Shown here one piece after another: positions 19,016-27,608 of a stretch of DNA of 64,000 nucleotides; within the stretch, counting starts at the first letter, position 1; the number at the start of each line of letters is the position of its first letter. A program made the translations under genes and the position numbers. The stretch lies in the NCBI GenBank assembly GCA_949299565.1, contig OX437086.1, positions 102,919-166,918 on the forward strand, read 5' to 3'. The notes beneath the pieces are model-generated. The model was not told the DNA's origin and ran no database searches. It worked only from the letters and a program-made list of their open reading frames with translations. Source of the DNA: an uncultured Bacillota bacterium. GTDB taxonomy: Bacteria; Bacillota_I; Bacilli_A; RFN20; CAG-826.

Positions 19016-21629
19016 TTTCTTCCTCCTTAGCTGGATATTGCATTGTAATGCAGTGAATTCCACCGCCTCCTAATAGAATTTCGCGGGCATCGATTTGAAT
19101 AATTTCTTTCGTCGGAAACAGCAATTTTAATTTTCTATAAACGACGCTATCTTCTTTCACGTTGAATTTAGGTGCGATAACAAACTTTTCGCCTTGATAA
19201 AAATTGATATAGGAAGCTGCTAAACGCCGCCCCCCTTTTCTTTCATCGAGGGTGGATGGCATTTTGCTCAATTCGCGAGCAGTTTCTTCAGACATATATA
19301 AAGGCGTAGCGGGTAACGGCAATTTATGAATTTTTAAATGACGTCCTTTCGCGTCTTTTGCTTTCTTTAAGGATAGATATGTTGCTTGGCAATATGCATA
19401 CTGTGGATCGTCTTGATTATCCGTCCAAGCCATCACCACTTCTCCCGGTTTAACGAAAGCCACCATGTTATCAATGTGCTCATCTGTTTCATCGTTATAA
19501 ATTCCGTGAGGTACCCAAATAACTTTCTGAACACCTAAATATTCTTGAAGAATTTCAACGATTTCTTCGCGCCGCAAAGTAGGGTTACGACCTTTCGACA
19601 ATAAACACGCTTCAGTCGTTATAAGCGTCCCCTCCCCGTCAACAATGATGGAGCCGCCTTCTAAAACAAAGGAAGGATGAACGTAAGACATGAGTTTAAA
19701 ACGTTTAGCGATTAAGGACGAAAGGCGATCATCATCGCGATAATTTCGATATAAGCCATTATAGGCTCCGCCCCAGGCATTAAAGCGGAAATCAACAGCG
19801 CGAATTTGCTGACCATTGCTTACAAATAAAGGCATATTGTCACGAGCCCAGGCGTCGTTGTAGCGCACCGAAAAAGTTCTGACGTTTTCTAAGTAATTAA
19901 ACAAAGGAGCCACCTGCTTATAGATTGCGGGATGAATGCCGACCTCTACTTCTTCGTATTTAGCAATCGCTTTGATCACTTCATAAAAGGCTTTCTTTGC
20001 AGGCTCGGCTTTTTGCCGCCAAGTATCGGGACGATAAGGCATCAAAATCAAAGTCCGTTGATGTTTCTCTCCTTCAAAAGGCAAGCGATAACCATCCATC
20101 GTCGGCAAAGTCTTGCGGCTATTTCTATAGTCTTTAAGACGTTTTTCATAAACGCTATAACGTTTCCATTTATTTCGATCAATCACCTGAAATTTGTCTT
20201 TATAACTTGAGTGCAATGTAACTCCCGTTTTTTGATAATGGATTACTCGCTCGATTAACTCGCGTGTCCAAACTTCACCGGGAACGATAAGCGGAATACC
20301 GGGCGGATACATCATGACTTGCTCATGTGATATTTCGCCATCTAATTCTTCAAGCGGAAGTAGTTTCCCAGGAGCCTGAAAAGCAACCCGCGGACGGACT
20401 AACATAAACGGAAAGGAGCTGTCGAAAGGATGATACGGGTAAACGACATGCTTCTTATAATGTTTTAAAGAAATCTCTTTTAAAGCAGTTACTAATTTAT
20501 CAATGTGTTCTTTTTTAGTCCCTAATGAAAGAATTCCTAAAACAGCATACGTTTCCGCTAATTCCATTTGAACGTGGTATTTGTTGCGCAACAGCCGATA
20601 AACCTCAAAGCCGTCGATATCAAGAGAATCAAGCCCGATCACCAATTTCAGTTCATCGTATGCAATCGCGCCGTGCTTTAAAAAATAATCGCAATCTTTG
20701 ACGATGAAACCCGGAATCTTTTTTATTTCTTCGCGAGCATAATTGGCCAAAGAATAAACTTCCACTAATTGCTTTTTGCCCTCTTCGCTATCCATATATG
20801 CCCGTGCTCCATCTAAAGAGGCAAGAAGCAAAGATGATGGCGACGTAGTGTTTAAAATATTTAAGGCTGTTTGAACTTCCTCGCGGCGATATCGCTCCTC
20901 CTTCATTAAAAGAACAGAGGACTGAGTTAAAGAACCTGCAGTTTTATGAAAGGAAACGGAAGACAAATCAGCTCCGGCCTCCATCGCTGTCAAAGGTTGC
21001 TTGTTTAAATAAAAATAATAATGAGCGCCGTGTGCTTCATCGACTAAAACACTCATGTTATGAGCGTGCGCAAAATCTGTAATTTCTTTCAAATCGCCAA
21101 TGGCGCCAAAATAAGTAGGATTAATCAAGAAAATCGCTTTCGCACTCGGATTCCTAGCAATTGTTCTTTTCCAGTTTTCGAGAATCGGCTGATGAGCGAT
21201 TTCTAAATCACCATCAATTTCAGGCATTACGTATATCGGAATTGCTCCCGATAAAATCAAAGCATTTATCACTGATTTGTGGACGTTTCGTGGAAGAATC
21301 ACTTTATCTCCCGCCTGAAGAGCGACTAAAAACATCGCTAAAATGCCGCTTGAAGTTCCGTTAATTAACGGAAAGGCCCAATCAGCATGACAAGTTTCAG
21401 CGATTAAGGATTCCATCTCAAACAATACTCCACTAGGATGAGCAAGATTGTCTAATCCCAGAGGGGCGTTCACATCTAATTTATAAAGGTGATGTCCTAA
21501 CAATTCAGTCGCGGGATTTTTTATATTCCCCATGTGATGACCAGGGACATCGAAAGGAGCGGGACTTTCCCTCTCATACTTTTTTAAAGCTTGAAGGAAT
21601 GGTGTTTTTTCTTCTGAGAGTTTTGCCAT
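19008..21629 (-). CDS. Fusion: Orn/Lys/Arg decarboxylase class I (probable arginine decarboxylase) + agmatine deiminase
   Basis: N-half: FDVPGH, NGTS, PRNVHKS, DEAHGAH, SFHKT (PLP Lys), TTSPS, YPPGIP. C-half: DAWARD, F.FNAWGG, LEGGS, DETDEHID, ASYINF, GGGGIHCITMQ. No stop between them. Confidence 0.92.
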   Translation of the reverse strand: MAKLSEEKTPFLQALKKYERESPAPFDVPGHHMGNIKNPATELLGHHLYKLDVNAPLGLDNLAHPSGVLFEMESLIAETCHADWAFPLINGTSSGILAMFLVALQAGDKVILPRNVHKSVINALILSGAIPIYVMPEIDGDLEIAHQPILENWKRTIARNPSAKAIFLINPTYFGAIGDLKEITDFAHAHNMSVLVDEAHGAHYYFYLNKQPLTAMEAGADLSSVSFHKTAGSLTQSSVLLMKEERYRREEVQTALNILNTTSPSSLLLASLDGARAYMDSEEGKKQLVEVYSLANYAREEIKKIPGFIVKDCDYFLKHGAIAYDELKLVIGLDSLDIDGFEVYRLLRNKYHVQMELAETYAVLGILSLGTKKEHIDKLVTALKEISLKHYKKHVVYPYHPFDSSFPFMLVRPRVAFQAPGKLLPLEELDGEISHEQVMMYPPGIPLIVPGEVWTRELIERVIHYQKTGVTLHSSYKDKFQVIDRNKWKRYSVYEKRLKDYRNSRKTLPTMDGYRLPFEGEKHQRTLILMPYRPDTWRQKAEPAKKAFYEVIKAIAKYEEVEVGIHPAIYKQVAPLFNYLENVRTFSVRYNDAWARDNMPLFVSNGQQIRAVDFRFNAWGGAYNGLYRNYRDDDRLSSLIAKRFKLMSYVHPSFVLEGGSIIVDGEGTLITTEACLLSKGRNPTLRREEIVEILQEYLGVQKVIWVPHGIYNDETDEHIDNMVAFVKPGEVVMAWTDNQDDPQYAYCQATYLSLKKAKDAKGRHLKIHKLPLPATPLYMSEETARELSKMPSTLDERKGGRRLAASYINFYQGEKFVIAPKFNVKEDSVVYRKLKLLFPTKEIIQIDAREILLGGGGIHCITMQYPAKEEENA

Positions 21630-21638
21630 AAATGAATT

Positions 21639-22430
21639 CTAGAGGAGTCCTAAAGCATAGAATGCTCTAGCGATTCCATCATCATAAACATTAGGAGCAA
21701 TATAGGCAGCCTTTCTTTTTAATTCCGGCTTTCCGTTGCCCATGCAAACAAAATTTCCGACATGCGAGGCTAAAGATAAATCTTGTAAATCGTCGCCGAA
21801 GCCAATCGCGTCTTCTTTCTTCAAACCATATTCTTCAAGAATCAAAGAAAGACCCGGTCCTTTTTCGTGAGGGACAGAAGAACAATCGACGCCGTCTTCG
21901 AAGAAACGTGAGAATTTTAAGTCTGGATTATAACGTTCCAGACGATCGTCTTCCTCCTCCCGACAAAAAAGATTCAAGCCTATCAGCTCTTGTCCGTTAT
22001 AAGTTTCGCGTGGCGGTTCGGCTTGAAAATAGATTTCATAAAATCTTTTTCGCGAATCGTTATTTGCCGTAAGCGTATAACGTTCAAGCGGGCCGATTCC
22101 TTCGACAGAAATCTTATTTTCCTCGCAATAATTCAATAATTTCTTCACCACCGAAGGAAGGATCAGTGTTTTCTTCAAATATTTGCCTTTTGCAAAAACA
22201 ACCCCGCCCGCGGAAGCGACATAACCATCGAAGCGAATTCCTAGATCAAGCGTTCCCAATCTTTTAAAGGAGTCATAATCGCGAGCCGTGCAAAGAAAAA
22301 AAGGAATTTCCGGATGCAGTTTTTGAAATTTCTTCAATGTTTCCACCATTGAAAGTGGGAACTCCTTCTTTTGATGGTCAAAAAGCGTCCAGTCAATATC
22401 GAAGAAGAAGCAACGCGGGAATGGTGTCAT
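21639..22430 (-). CDS. Cof-type HAD IIB hydrolase
   Basis: FFDIDWTL, CTAR, K-G, FGDDLQD, MGNG, DDGI. Confidence 0.85.
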   Translation of the reverse strand: MTPFPRCFFFDIDWTLFDHQKKEFPLSMVETLKKFQKLHPEIPFFLCTARDYDSFKRLGTLDLGIRFDGYVASAGGVVFAKGKYLKKTLILPSVVKKLLNYCEENKISVEGIGPLERYTLTANNDSRKRFYEIYFQAEPPRETYNGQELIGLNLFCREEEDDRLERYNPDLKFSRFFEDGVDCSSVPHEKGPGLSLILEEYGLKKEDAIGFGDDLQDLSLASHVGNFVCMGNGKPELKRKAAYIAPNVYDDGIARAFYALGLL

Positions 22431-24187
22431 AGTTTTTCTCCTTTAAAAGAATTTGCAAATGCAATATTAACGGCCCTATTTAATTTCGCAAGTCTTACGG
22501 CAGAAATCTTTATCTCGCGGTCATAAGTCAATAAGCCATTCACTTCTTCCTCAACATCATTCAATTGTGTATAGACATAAAGCGTTAAAGCTTCTTTTTC
22601 GATGAGAAGCAATAACTTTGCGTAAATTTTTCTTAAGCCCTCTTCTAACAAATCAATATTTTTATACATGCGATAACCAAAGGATTTGGATGAATAAAGG
22701 TGTCCTTTAATTCGGCAAGAATAACCGCCGAATTCCGAAAGCGCCAAAAGCCTCTGCCCATCATTTCTCATTTTTAAAGGCTTGAAGTAAATATGCTCGG
22801 ATTTAAAATCCCCGACTCTTTTATCGAACCAGCCAGAAGAAGCGTCCACTAAACGCGTCGAGTCTAATTCTCGTACCTTTTGCAAAAGCCTTTCGGTGTC
22901 ATATTGTCCCCACCCCTCATTAAAAAGAGTCCAAGAAACTAAAGAAGTTACTTTTCTTAGATAATCTATGGTCTTTTCCATATCGCTTTCAAAGCGAGAA
23001 CGTGACTTTAAACTTCCGCGTCCTAATTTCTTATTGTTGTGATCAGAAAGATTGAAGCCTAAAAACGGGGCGACCATCGTTGCCGTTTTCGAATATTGAC
23101 TTCCGGAATTAACGAAATCCTGCATCACAAGGATTCCCATCAAATCGCAATAATAATAAAAACGCGGATGCTCGATCTTTATGTGCTTGCGCAATAAATT
23201 GAAGCCTGCTTCTTTCGCGTATTTTATGTCAAAAATCAAAGCTTCCTGGCTTGGAGGAGTCATTCCGCCATCTGACCAATAACCTTGGTCTAAAAGACCT
23301 CTAAGAAGTAACGGCTTGCCATTTAAAGCAAAGACTTTCTTTCCATCTTTTCTCACTAAAATCTCGATTTTTCGAAAGCCAAAGATCGTTTTGAATTTAT
23401 CATCGTTCGCTTCAATTAAAACCTCGTAAAGATACGGGTCATCCGTCGACCATTCATGAAAGAAATCATGAAAATCAATCAGAGCTTCATCAGTCGCGAA
23501 TTCATTCTGAAAAAGAAATTCGCCATCATGGTATATGGAAATCTTCAACGAATTGATTTTCCCTTCAAAGGCAACGTTAACCTTTAAACTTTTCTTCTCG
23601 TAAATAGGCGAAAACTGAAAAGAAGTTACATAACCATCGTCGGGAACCACCTCGTAATAGACGTCTTGCCAAATCCCGCTTGTCTCCTGATAAAAAATTC
23701 CACCCGGTCTCTTCGACTGTTTGCCGCGCATAAAAGAAGGATCGTCAATATCATCTCGAACAATCACGTAAATTTCGTTTATTGAATTTTCCACTTCTAG
23801 AGGGACAAAAAAGGGCAAGTAGCCACCCTCGTGATGAAAAACGTGTCTTTTATTACAATAAATATCTGCGATTTGATCGACGGCCAAAAAGTGCAAAAGA
23901 ATCTTTTTATGAAGAAGCGAAGGCGGAAATACGAGGCTTCGTCGATAATGCAACAAAGAAGATTTTGCTTTTGTCTTTTTGATTCCGCTTAAGGAAGTTT
24001 CGGGGGCAAACGGCACGCGAATCTGCGTTTTAAATTCCTTTAAAAAGGTCTCATCATCAGCATAAGCAAAATCCCAAAAACCATTGAGACTTTGAAAATT
24101 TTCGCGTTCAAAATAAGGGTTAGGATGCCCTTCTTTCATTTCCTTCCCTTCTAAGATTTCTCTTCCCCACTTCGTCAACAAATCCAT
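22427..24187 (-). CDS. Glycoside hydrolase family 2
   Basis: SLNGFW, VPFAPE, HEGGY, GKQ, SGIWQ, LDQGYW, RKHIK, FNEGWGQ (acid/base), LSEFGG (nucleophile), YTQLNDVEEE. Confidence 0.9.
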   Translation of the reverse strand: MDLLTKWGREILEGKEMKEGHPNPYFERENFQSLNGFWDFAYADDETFLKEFKTQIRVPFAPETSLSGIKKTKAKSSLLHYRRSLVFPPSLLHKKILLHFLAVDQIADIYCNKRHVFHHEGGYLPFFVPLEVENSINEIYVIVRDDIDDPSFMRGKQSKRPGGIFYQETSGIWQDVYYEVVPDDGYVTSFQFSPIYEKKSLKVNVAFEGKINSLKISIYHDGEFLFQNEFATDEALIDFHDFFHEWSTDDPYLYEVLIEANDDKFKTIFGFRKIEILVRKDGKKVFALNGKPLLLRGLLDQGYWSDGGMTPPSQEALIFDIKYAKEAGFNLLRKHIKIEHPRFYYYCDLMGILVMQDFVNSGSQYSKTATMVAPFLGFNLSDHNNKKLGRGSLKSRSRFESDMEKTIDYLRKVTSLVSWTLFNEGWGQYDTERLLQKVRELDSTRLVDASSGWFDKRVGDFKSEHIYFKPLKMRNDGQRLLALSEFGGYSCRIKGHLYSSKSFGYRMYKNIDLLEEGLRKIYAKLLLLIEKEALTLYVYTQLNDVEEEVNGLLTYDREIKISAVRLAKLNRAVNIAFANSFKGEKL

Positions 24188-24202
24188 GACTTTGATATTA
24201 TC

Positions 24203-24230
24203 AAAAAAAGAGGGACAAAGAACGTCCCTC
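24203..24230 (-). terminator. Intrinsic terminator after hsp20
   Basis: GAGGGAC-N7-GTCCCTC followed by T7 on the minus strand. Confidence 0.75.
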
Positions 24231-24252
24231 CTTTATAATCAATCAATAAATT

Positions 24253-24675
24253 TTATTTGATGGCAATTTGGCTGCCGCTTTCTTCCTCTGGCTTTCGCTT
24301 TGGGAAGGAAAGGGTCAAAATGCCGTCTTTGAAGGAAGCCTCCACTGTTTTAGGATCAACGTCTCCGACATAGAAGGTCCGCTGCGAAACGCCAGCAAAG
24401 CGCTCGCGATGGATATAGCCCTTCTTCTCATTGTGTTCTTTCTTAAGCGAGGCTTTAATCGTCAAATACCCGTCTTTGAGTTTAACGTCCACATCCTCCT
24501 TATTGATGCCGGGCAATTCAACCTCCATCAAATAATTGTCGCCTTCTGTTGAGACGTCAGTCCGCATTTCAAGAGAAGAATAACTTTCGTTCTCGTCAAT
24601 GAAATCTGGAGCGAAGAAGTCGAAGAATGAGTCAAGCAAGTCACCGTGACGATAAGTTGTTAAATTGTTTTTCAT
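24253..24675 (-). CDS. Hsp20/alpha-crystallin small heat shock protein
   Basis: MRTDV, ELPG..KEDV, DGYLTI, RER..G...RTF, A.FKDGIL; AAGGAGG RBS before ATG 24675. Confidence 0.93.
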   Translation of the reverse strand: MKNNLTTYRHGDLLDSFFDFFAPDFIDENESYSSLEMRTDVSTEGDNYLMEVELPGINKEDVDVKLKDGYLTIKASLKKEHNEKKGYIHRERFAGVSQRTFYVGDVDPKTVEASFKDGILTLSFPKRKPEEESGSQIAIK

Positions 24676-24692
24676 AAAGAATACCTCCTTGA

Positions 24693-24719
24693 TTAGCACT
24701 CTCTATTCTCAAGTGCTAA
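24693..24719. promoter_or_regulatory. CIRCE element (HrcA operator) 1 upstream of hsp20
   Basis: TTAGCACTC-N9-AAGTGCTAA, one mismatch to the TTAGCACTC-N9-GAGTGCTAA consensus. Confidence 0.92.
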
Positions 24720-24738
24720 TCATATGATAGAACGCTTT

Positions 24739-24765
24739 TTAGCAGTGTCAATAGCCAACTGCTAA
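24739..24765. promoter_or_regulatory. CIRCE element 2 overlapping the hsp20 -35 box
   Basis: TTAGCAGTG-N9-AACTGCTAA; contains minus-strand TTGACA (24746-24751), with TATCAT at 24724-24729. Confidence 0.78.
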
Positions 24766-24775
24766 TTTTTTTAAC

Positions 24776-24803
24776 AAAAGAAAACCTCCCGTTTCTGGGA
24801 GGT
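24776..24803 (-). terminator. Intrinsic terminator
   Basis: ACCTCCC-N6-GGGAGGT followed by TTTCTTTT on the minus strand. Confidence 0.7.
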
Positions 24804-24831
24804 GAGAATCAAGAATTCTTGACTTCAATTA

Positions 24832-25299
24832 TCAATTATTTTTCTCGCGAAGACCTTTAATCCCGAGATAAAGGGCTAATAACGCACCGACGATTGCAAA
24901 CGCACCGCTTAAATAAAGTCCGTATCCCATGCTCAAACTTGCGCCAGGCAAGAAATCGGGAGCCACAAAAAGTCCTAAGAAGAACAAAACCCCTGTTACT
25001 AAAAGCAAAAGTCCGCTCACAAAATGGAGAAATCCAGCAAACTTGTGTCCTTGTCCCCAACTGAAGAAAAGGGCTAAAAGGATGAATACCGCACTGATAA
25101 TCGGGAGAATAAACATTGCCACATAAGCCGGCGTCGCATCCACGTGATTAGCAGAATTGCCGAAAACCAAATCGTAGATTGCAAAATTCTCATTAGCGTT
25201 GCTCGTTAAAGCGGGGGCTAACATTGTGAGGAAAATTGACAAAGTTAAAACAAGAACAACGATGCCAAGGATTCCGAATGTTGATGATTTTTTCTTCAT
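24832..25299 (-). CDS. Hypothetical 4-TM membrane protein
   Basis: Four hydrophobic segments, basic termini, AAAGGA RBS. Confidence 0.7.
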   Translation of the reverse strand: MKKKSSTFGILGIVVLVLTLSIFLTMLAPALTSNANENFAIYDLVFGNSANHVDATPAYVAMFILPIISAVFILLALFFSWGQGHKFAGFLHFVSGLLLLVTGVLFFLGLFVAPDFLPGASLSMGYGLYLSGAFAIVGALLALYLGIKGLREKNN

Positions 25300-25351
25300 A
25301 TATTATTTATCCTTTTCATTAACCTAAATGATTTTAATCGTCTCTTAATTT

Positions 25352-26905
25352 CTATTCAACATTCCATGTGTTGTCACTGATGGTAATTGTAATTCCGTCT
25401 TCGCCCATATTTGAGAAAGAAATCTCATAATTGGAACGAGTCCCGTCATTGAAATAAGGGCCTTTGGGGAAGGAAGAACTATATCTCGCTAACGAAAAAA
25501 CATCGCCGTTTTGAAAAAGCGAAGAGTTATCCGCGAATTCATACATTTCATGGAATGCTCTTTTTCTGGTAGCGTCCATCATTTGAATGAGCGTATGTCC
25601 GCTTTCTTCGCCATGCACCTGATCATAGTAACTGCGAGACGGAGAATTGGAATTAGCCACAACAGTCAAGCCACCGTTATCAGAAGAATAAGGACGATCT
25701 ACTTCAAAAACGGCAAAATATCCTTCTTCGCCGCTCGGCTCTAATGCGTATAAAGAAGCATCGACGTGATAGATGCGAACGCCGCTCTCTGTGAAGGCTT
25801 GAGGTCCGGATTGAGCATAATATCCATAATGAGCATCCATGTAGTTATTTGCCTCCGGCGTGTAATATTCAAGAAGCAAATATTCGTCAAAAGCCGAACC
25901 GTTCCAACTTGAACCAGTCGGAATCAATAAGGCATCGCCAGTAGTCGCGCTGGGACGGAGGCGAATTGAACCGGGTTTATCGACATAATATGGATAAATC
26001 CATCCCAGTGAAAACTTCGAAAAAGCGTTATGATCAATGATGTTATAATCCATCATATCAACGGCGCCCATCGGAGCAATTTCTCCACCGCCATCATAAT
26101 AATCATCAAGGCCCAAAAGGTGACCCGTTTCATGAATATAGGTGTGGGTATCAATGGCGCCGCGATAAGCTTGATACATAAAGTCGTATGAAGCCCATGA
26201 AAAAGATTCAACCATCATCGGCGCGGTATGATAATATGTGTTCCAATAAGTAAAGGCCCAAAATAAATCAGATAAAGAAGTATTATTTTGATGATTCGGA
26301 GCGCTATAAATGAGCCAAACAGAATCGACGATATTGTCGTTGTTGCTATCGAATTCGCTGAGATCGCTGCCTGTCACATCGGCGTAATGAGCAAGCGCTT
26401 CATCAGCCAAAAGCGAAATTCCTTCTGCAGTCTGAACACTCCCGGCACCCGTAACATTATTCATGTAATCAAGTTCTGAAGTTGTATAGCCGCAGTCATA
26501 CCAATCCGCCACTACTCCATCAATATGCAACTGATTGAAGGAAGAAACTTCATAGAAGCGAGAAACTGAAAGCCAAGCCACCTCATCATCATTACCAAAA
26601 AAAGCTTTTCCCAAATCAGATTTGATGCTAGTTTGCTCACTGACGCTTAAAGGATAATCCTCCACAATGATTGGAAGAACCAAGATTTTGGAATCGCCAG
26701 TCGCGGGGAGCGGCGTTTGCTGAGACGACGTTTTAAAGTCTCCATAGGTGAACGGCGTTTCAACTGGTCGGTAATCGCCTTCGGCTAAAGAACCCGGAAG
26801 CGAAACGTATGGTATCGAATAGCCGGGATTAAAGATATTGAAATTACAAGAAGATAACGAAAGAAGCGAAAGAGAAGCCAATAAAACGATAAATTTATTT
26901 TTCAT
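25352..26905 (-). CDS. M6-family-like (immune inhibitor A type) zinc metalloprotease lipoprotein 1
   Basis: Lipobox LSSC; G..KILVLPI, S..FY..SSF, D.D.D..VD, HETGHLLGLDDYY, MMD.N..DH, EYLLLEYYTP, G.RIYHVD; start MKNKF at 26905. Confidence 0.82.
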   Translation of the reverse strand: MKNKFIVLLASLSLLSLSSCNFNIFNPGYSIPYVSLPGSLAEGDYRPVETPFTYGDFKTSSQQTPLPATGDSKILVLPIIVEDYPLSVSEQTSIKSDLGKAFFGNDDEVAWLSVSRFYEVSSFNQLHIDGVVADWYDCGYTTSELDYMNNVTGAGSVQTAEGISLLADEALAHYADVTGSDLSEFDSNNDNIVDSVWLIYSAPNHQNNTSLSDLFWAFTYWNTYYHTAPMMVESFSWASYDFMYQAYRGAIDTHTYIHETGHLLGLDDYYDGGGEIAPMGAVDMMDYNIIDHNAFSKFSLGWIYPYYVDKPGSIRLRPSATTGDALLIPTGSSWNGSAFDEYLLLEYYTPEANNYMDAHYGYYAQSGPQAFTESGVRIYHVDASLYALEPSGEEGYFAVFEVDRPYSSDNGGLTVVANSNSPSRSYYDQVHGEESGHTLIQMMDATRKRAFHEMYEFADNSSLFQNGDVFSLARYSSSFPKGPYFNDGTRSNYEISFSNMGEDGITITISDNTWNVE

Positions 26906-27608
26906 TTGTTTTCGTCTCAATAACATAATCAATCGGGTTGCCGAATTCATCTAATTCTAATGGATGTGGGTCATAGTCCGTCTGCGAAGAAATATAGGCC
27001 ACCATCACAGCATAGACGCTGAAGGCCAAAGAAGAATAGACGCCGAACCAGTAATTCAAATCACCGCCTTGACCGAAGGCATCCAAAATCGGGTAACCAA
27101 ATAACCAGCCGAGGAAATAGAAGGTAATCATTAACCCTGCTGAAATCTTAAACCAAATATCGGCATCGCCCACAAGCGCTTTCCGCACATAGAGAATCAA
27201 TGAGGTGAAAGAAAAGAACGCGGCGATGAAGAAGAAAGCGCTGGAACCATTATTTTTCACAAGTTGCAATACAAGGCCTACGCTTAAAGCATAGGCAAAA
27301 ACCAAAGCGCCAAATAAAACAATCCACAAAATGTGCGTGGCATTTTTGCGATAAAGCAAATCAACAAGGAAAAAGACAAGGAAAACCAACGCAAAAGACA
27401 TCGTGACATTGAAAGTGATAATTTCTGGAGTCGCCATATTAATCGCGCCAGTCACGCCAAGTAAGATGAAATAAAGAACATCGAGCAACAAAGCGATTGC
27501 CGCAAAAAGACAATGTCCGTCAAAAACCGGACGATATGTACGCCCGTGCCAACGAATCGTCAAGACATCGCCAAGTCGATGAAAGAAAAATGAAATGCGA
27601 TCTTTCAT
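26895..27608 (-). CDS. Hypothetical multi-pass membrane protein in the opp operon
   Basis: About 6-7 TM helices; overlaps both the oppF stop and the protease start. Confidence 0.7.
   Translation of the reverse strand: MKDRISFFFHRLGDVLTIRWHGRTYRPVFDGHCLFAAIALLLDVLYFILLGVTGAINMATPEIITFNVTMSFALVFLVFFLVDLLYRKNATHILWIVLFGALVFAYALSVGLVLQLVKNNGSSAFFFIAAFFSFTSLILYVRKALVGDADIWFKISAGLMITFYFLGWLFGYPILDAFGQGGDLNYWFGVYSSLAFSVYAVMVAYISSQTDYDPHPLELDEFGNPIDYVIETKTNEK

Noticed and set aside
24809-24822. Palindrome TCAAGAATTCTTGA
   Set aside because: It lies in a 3' UTR before a terminator, as a single copy with no supporting context.
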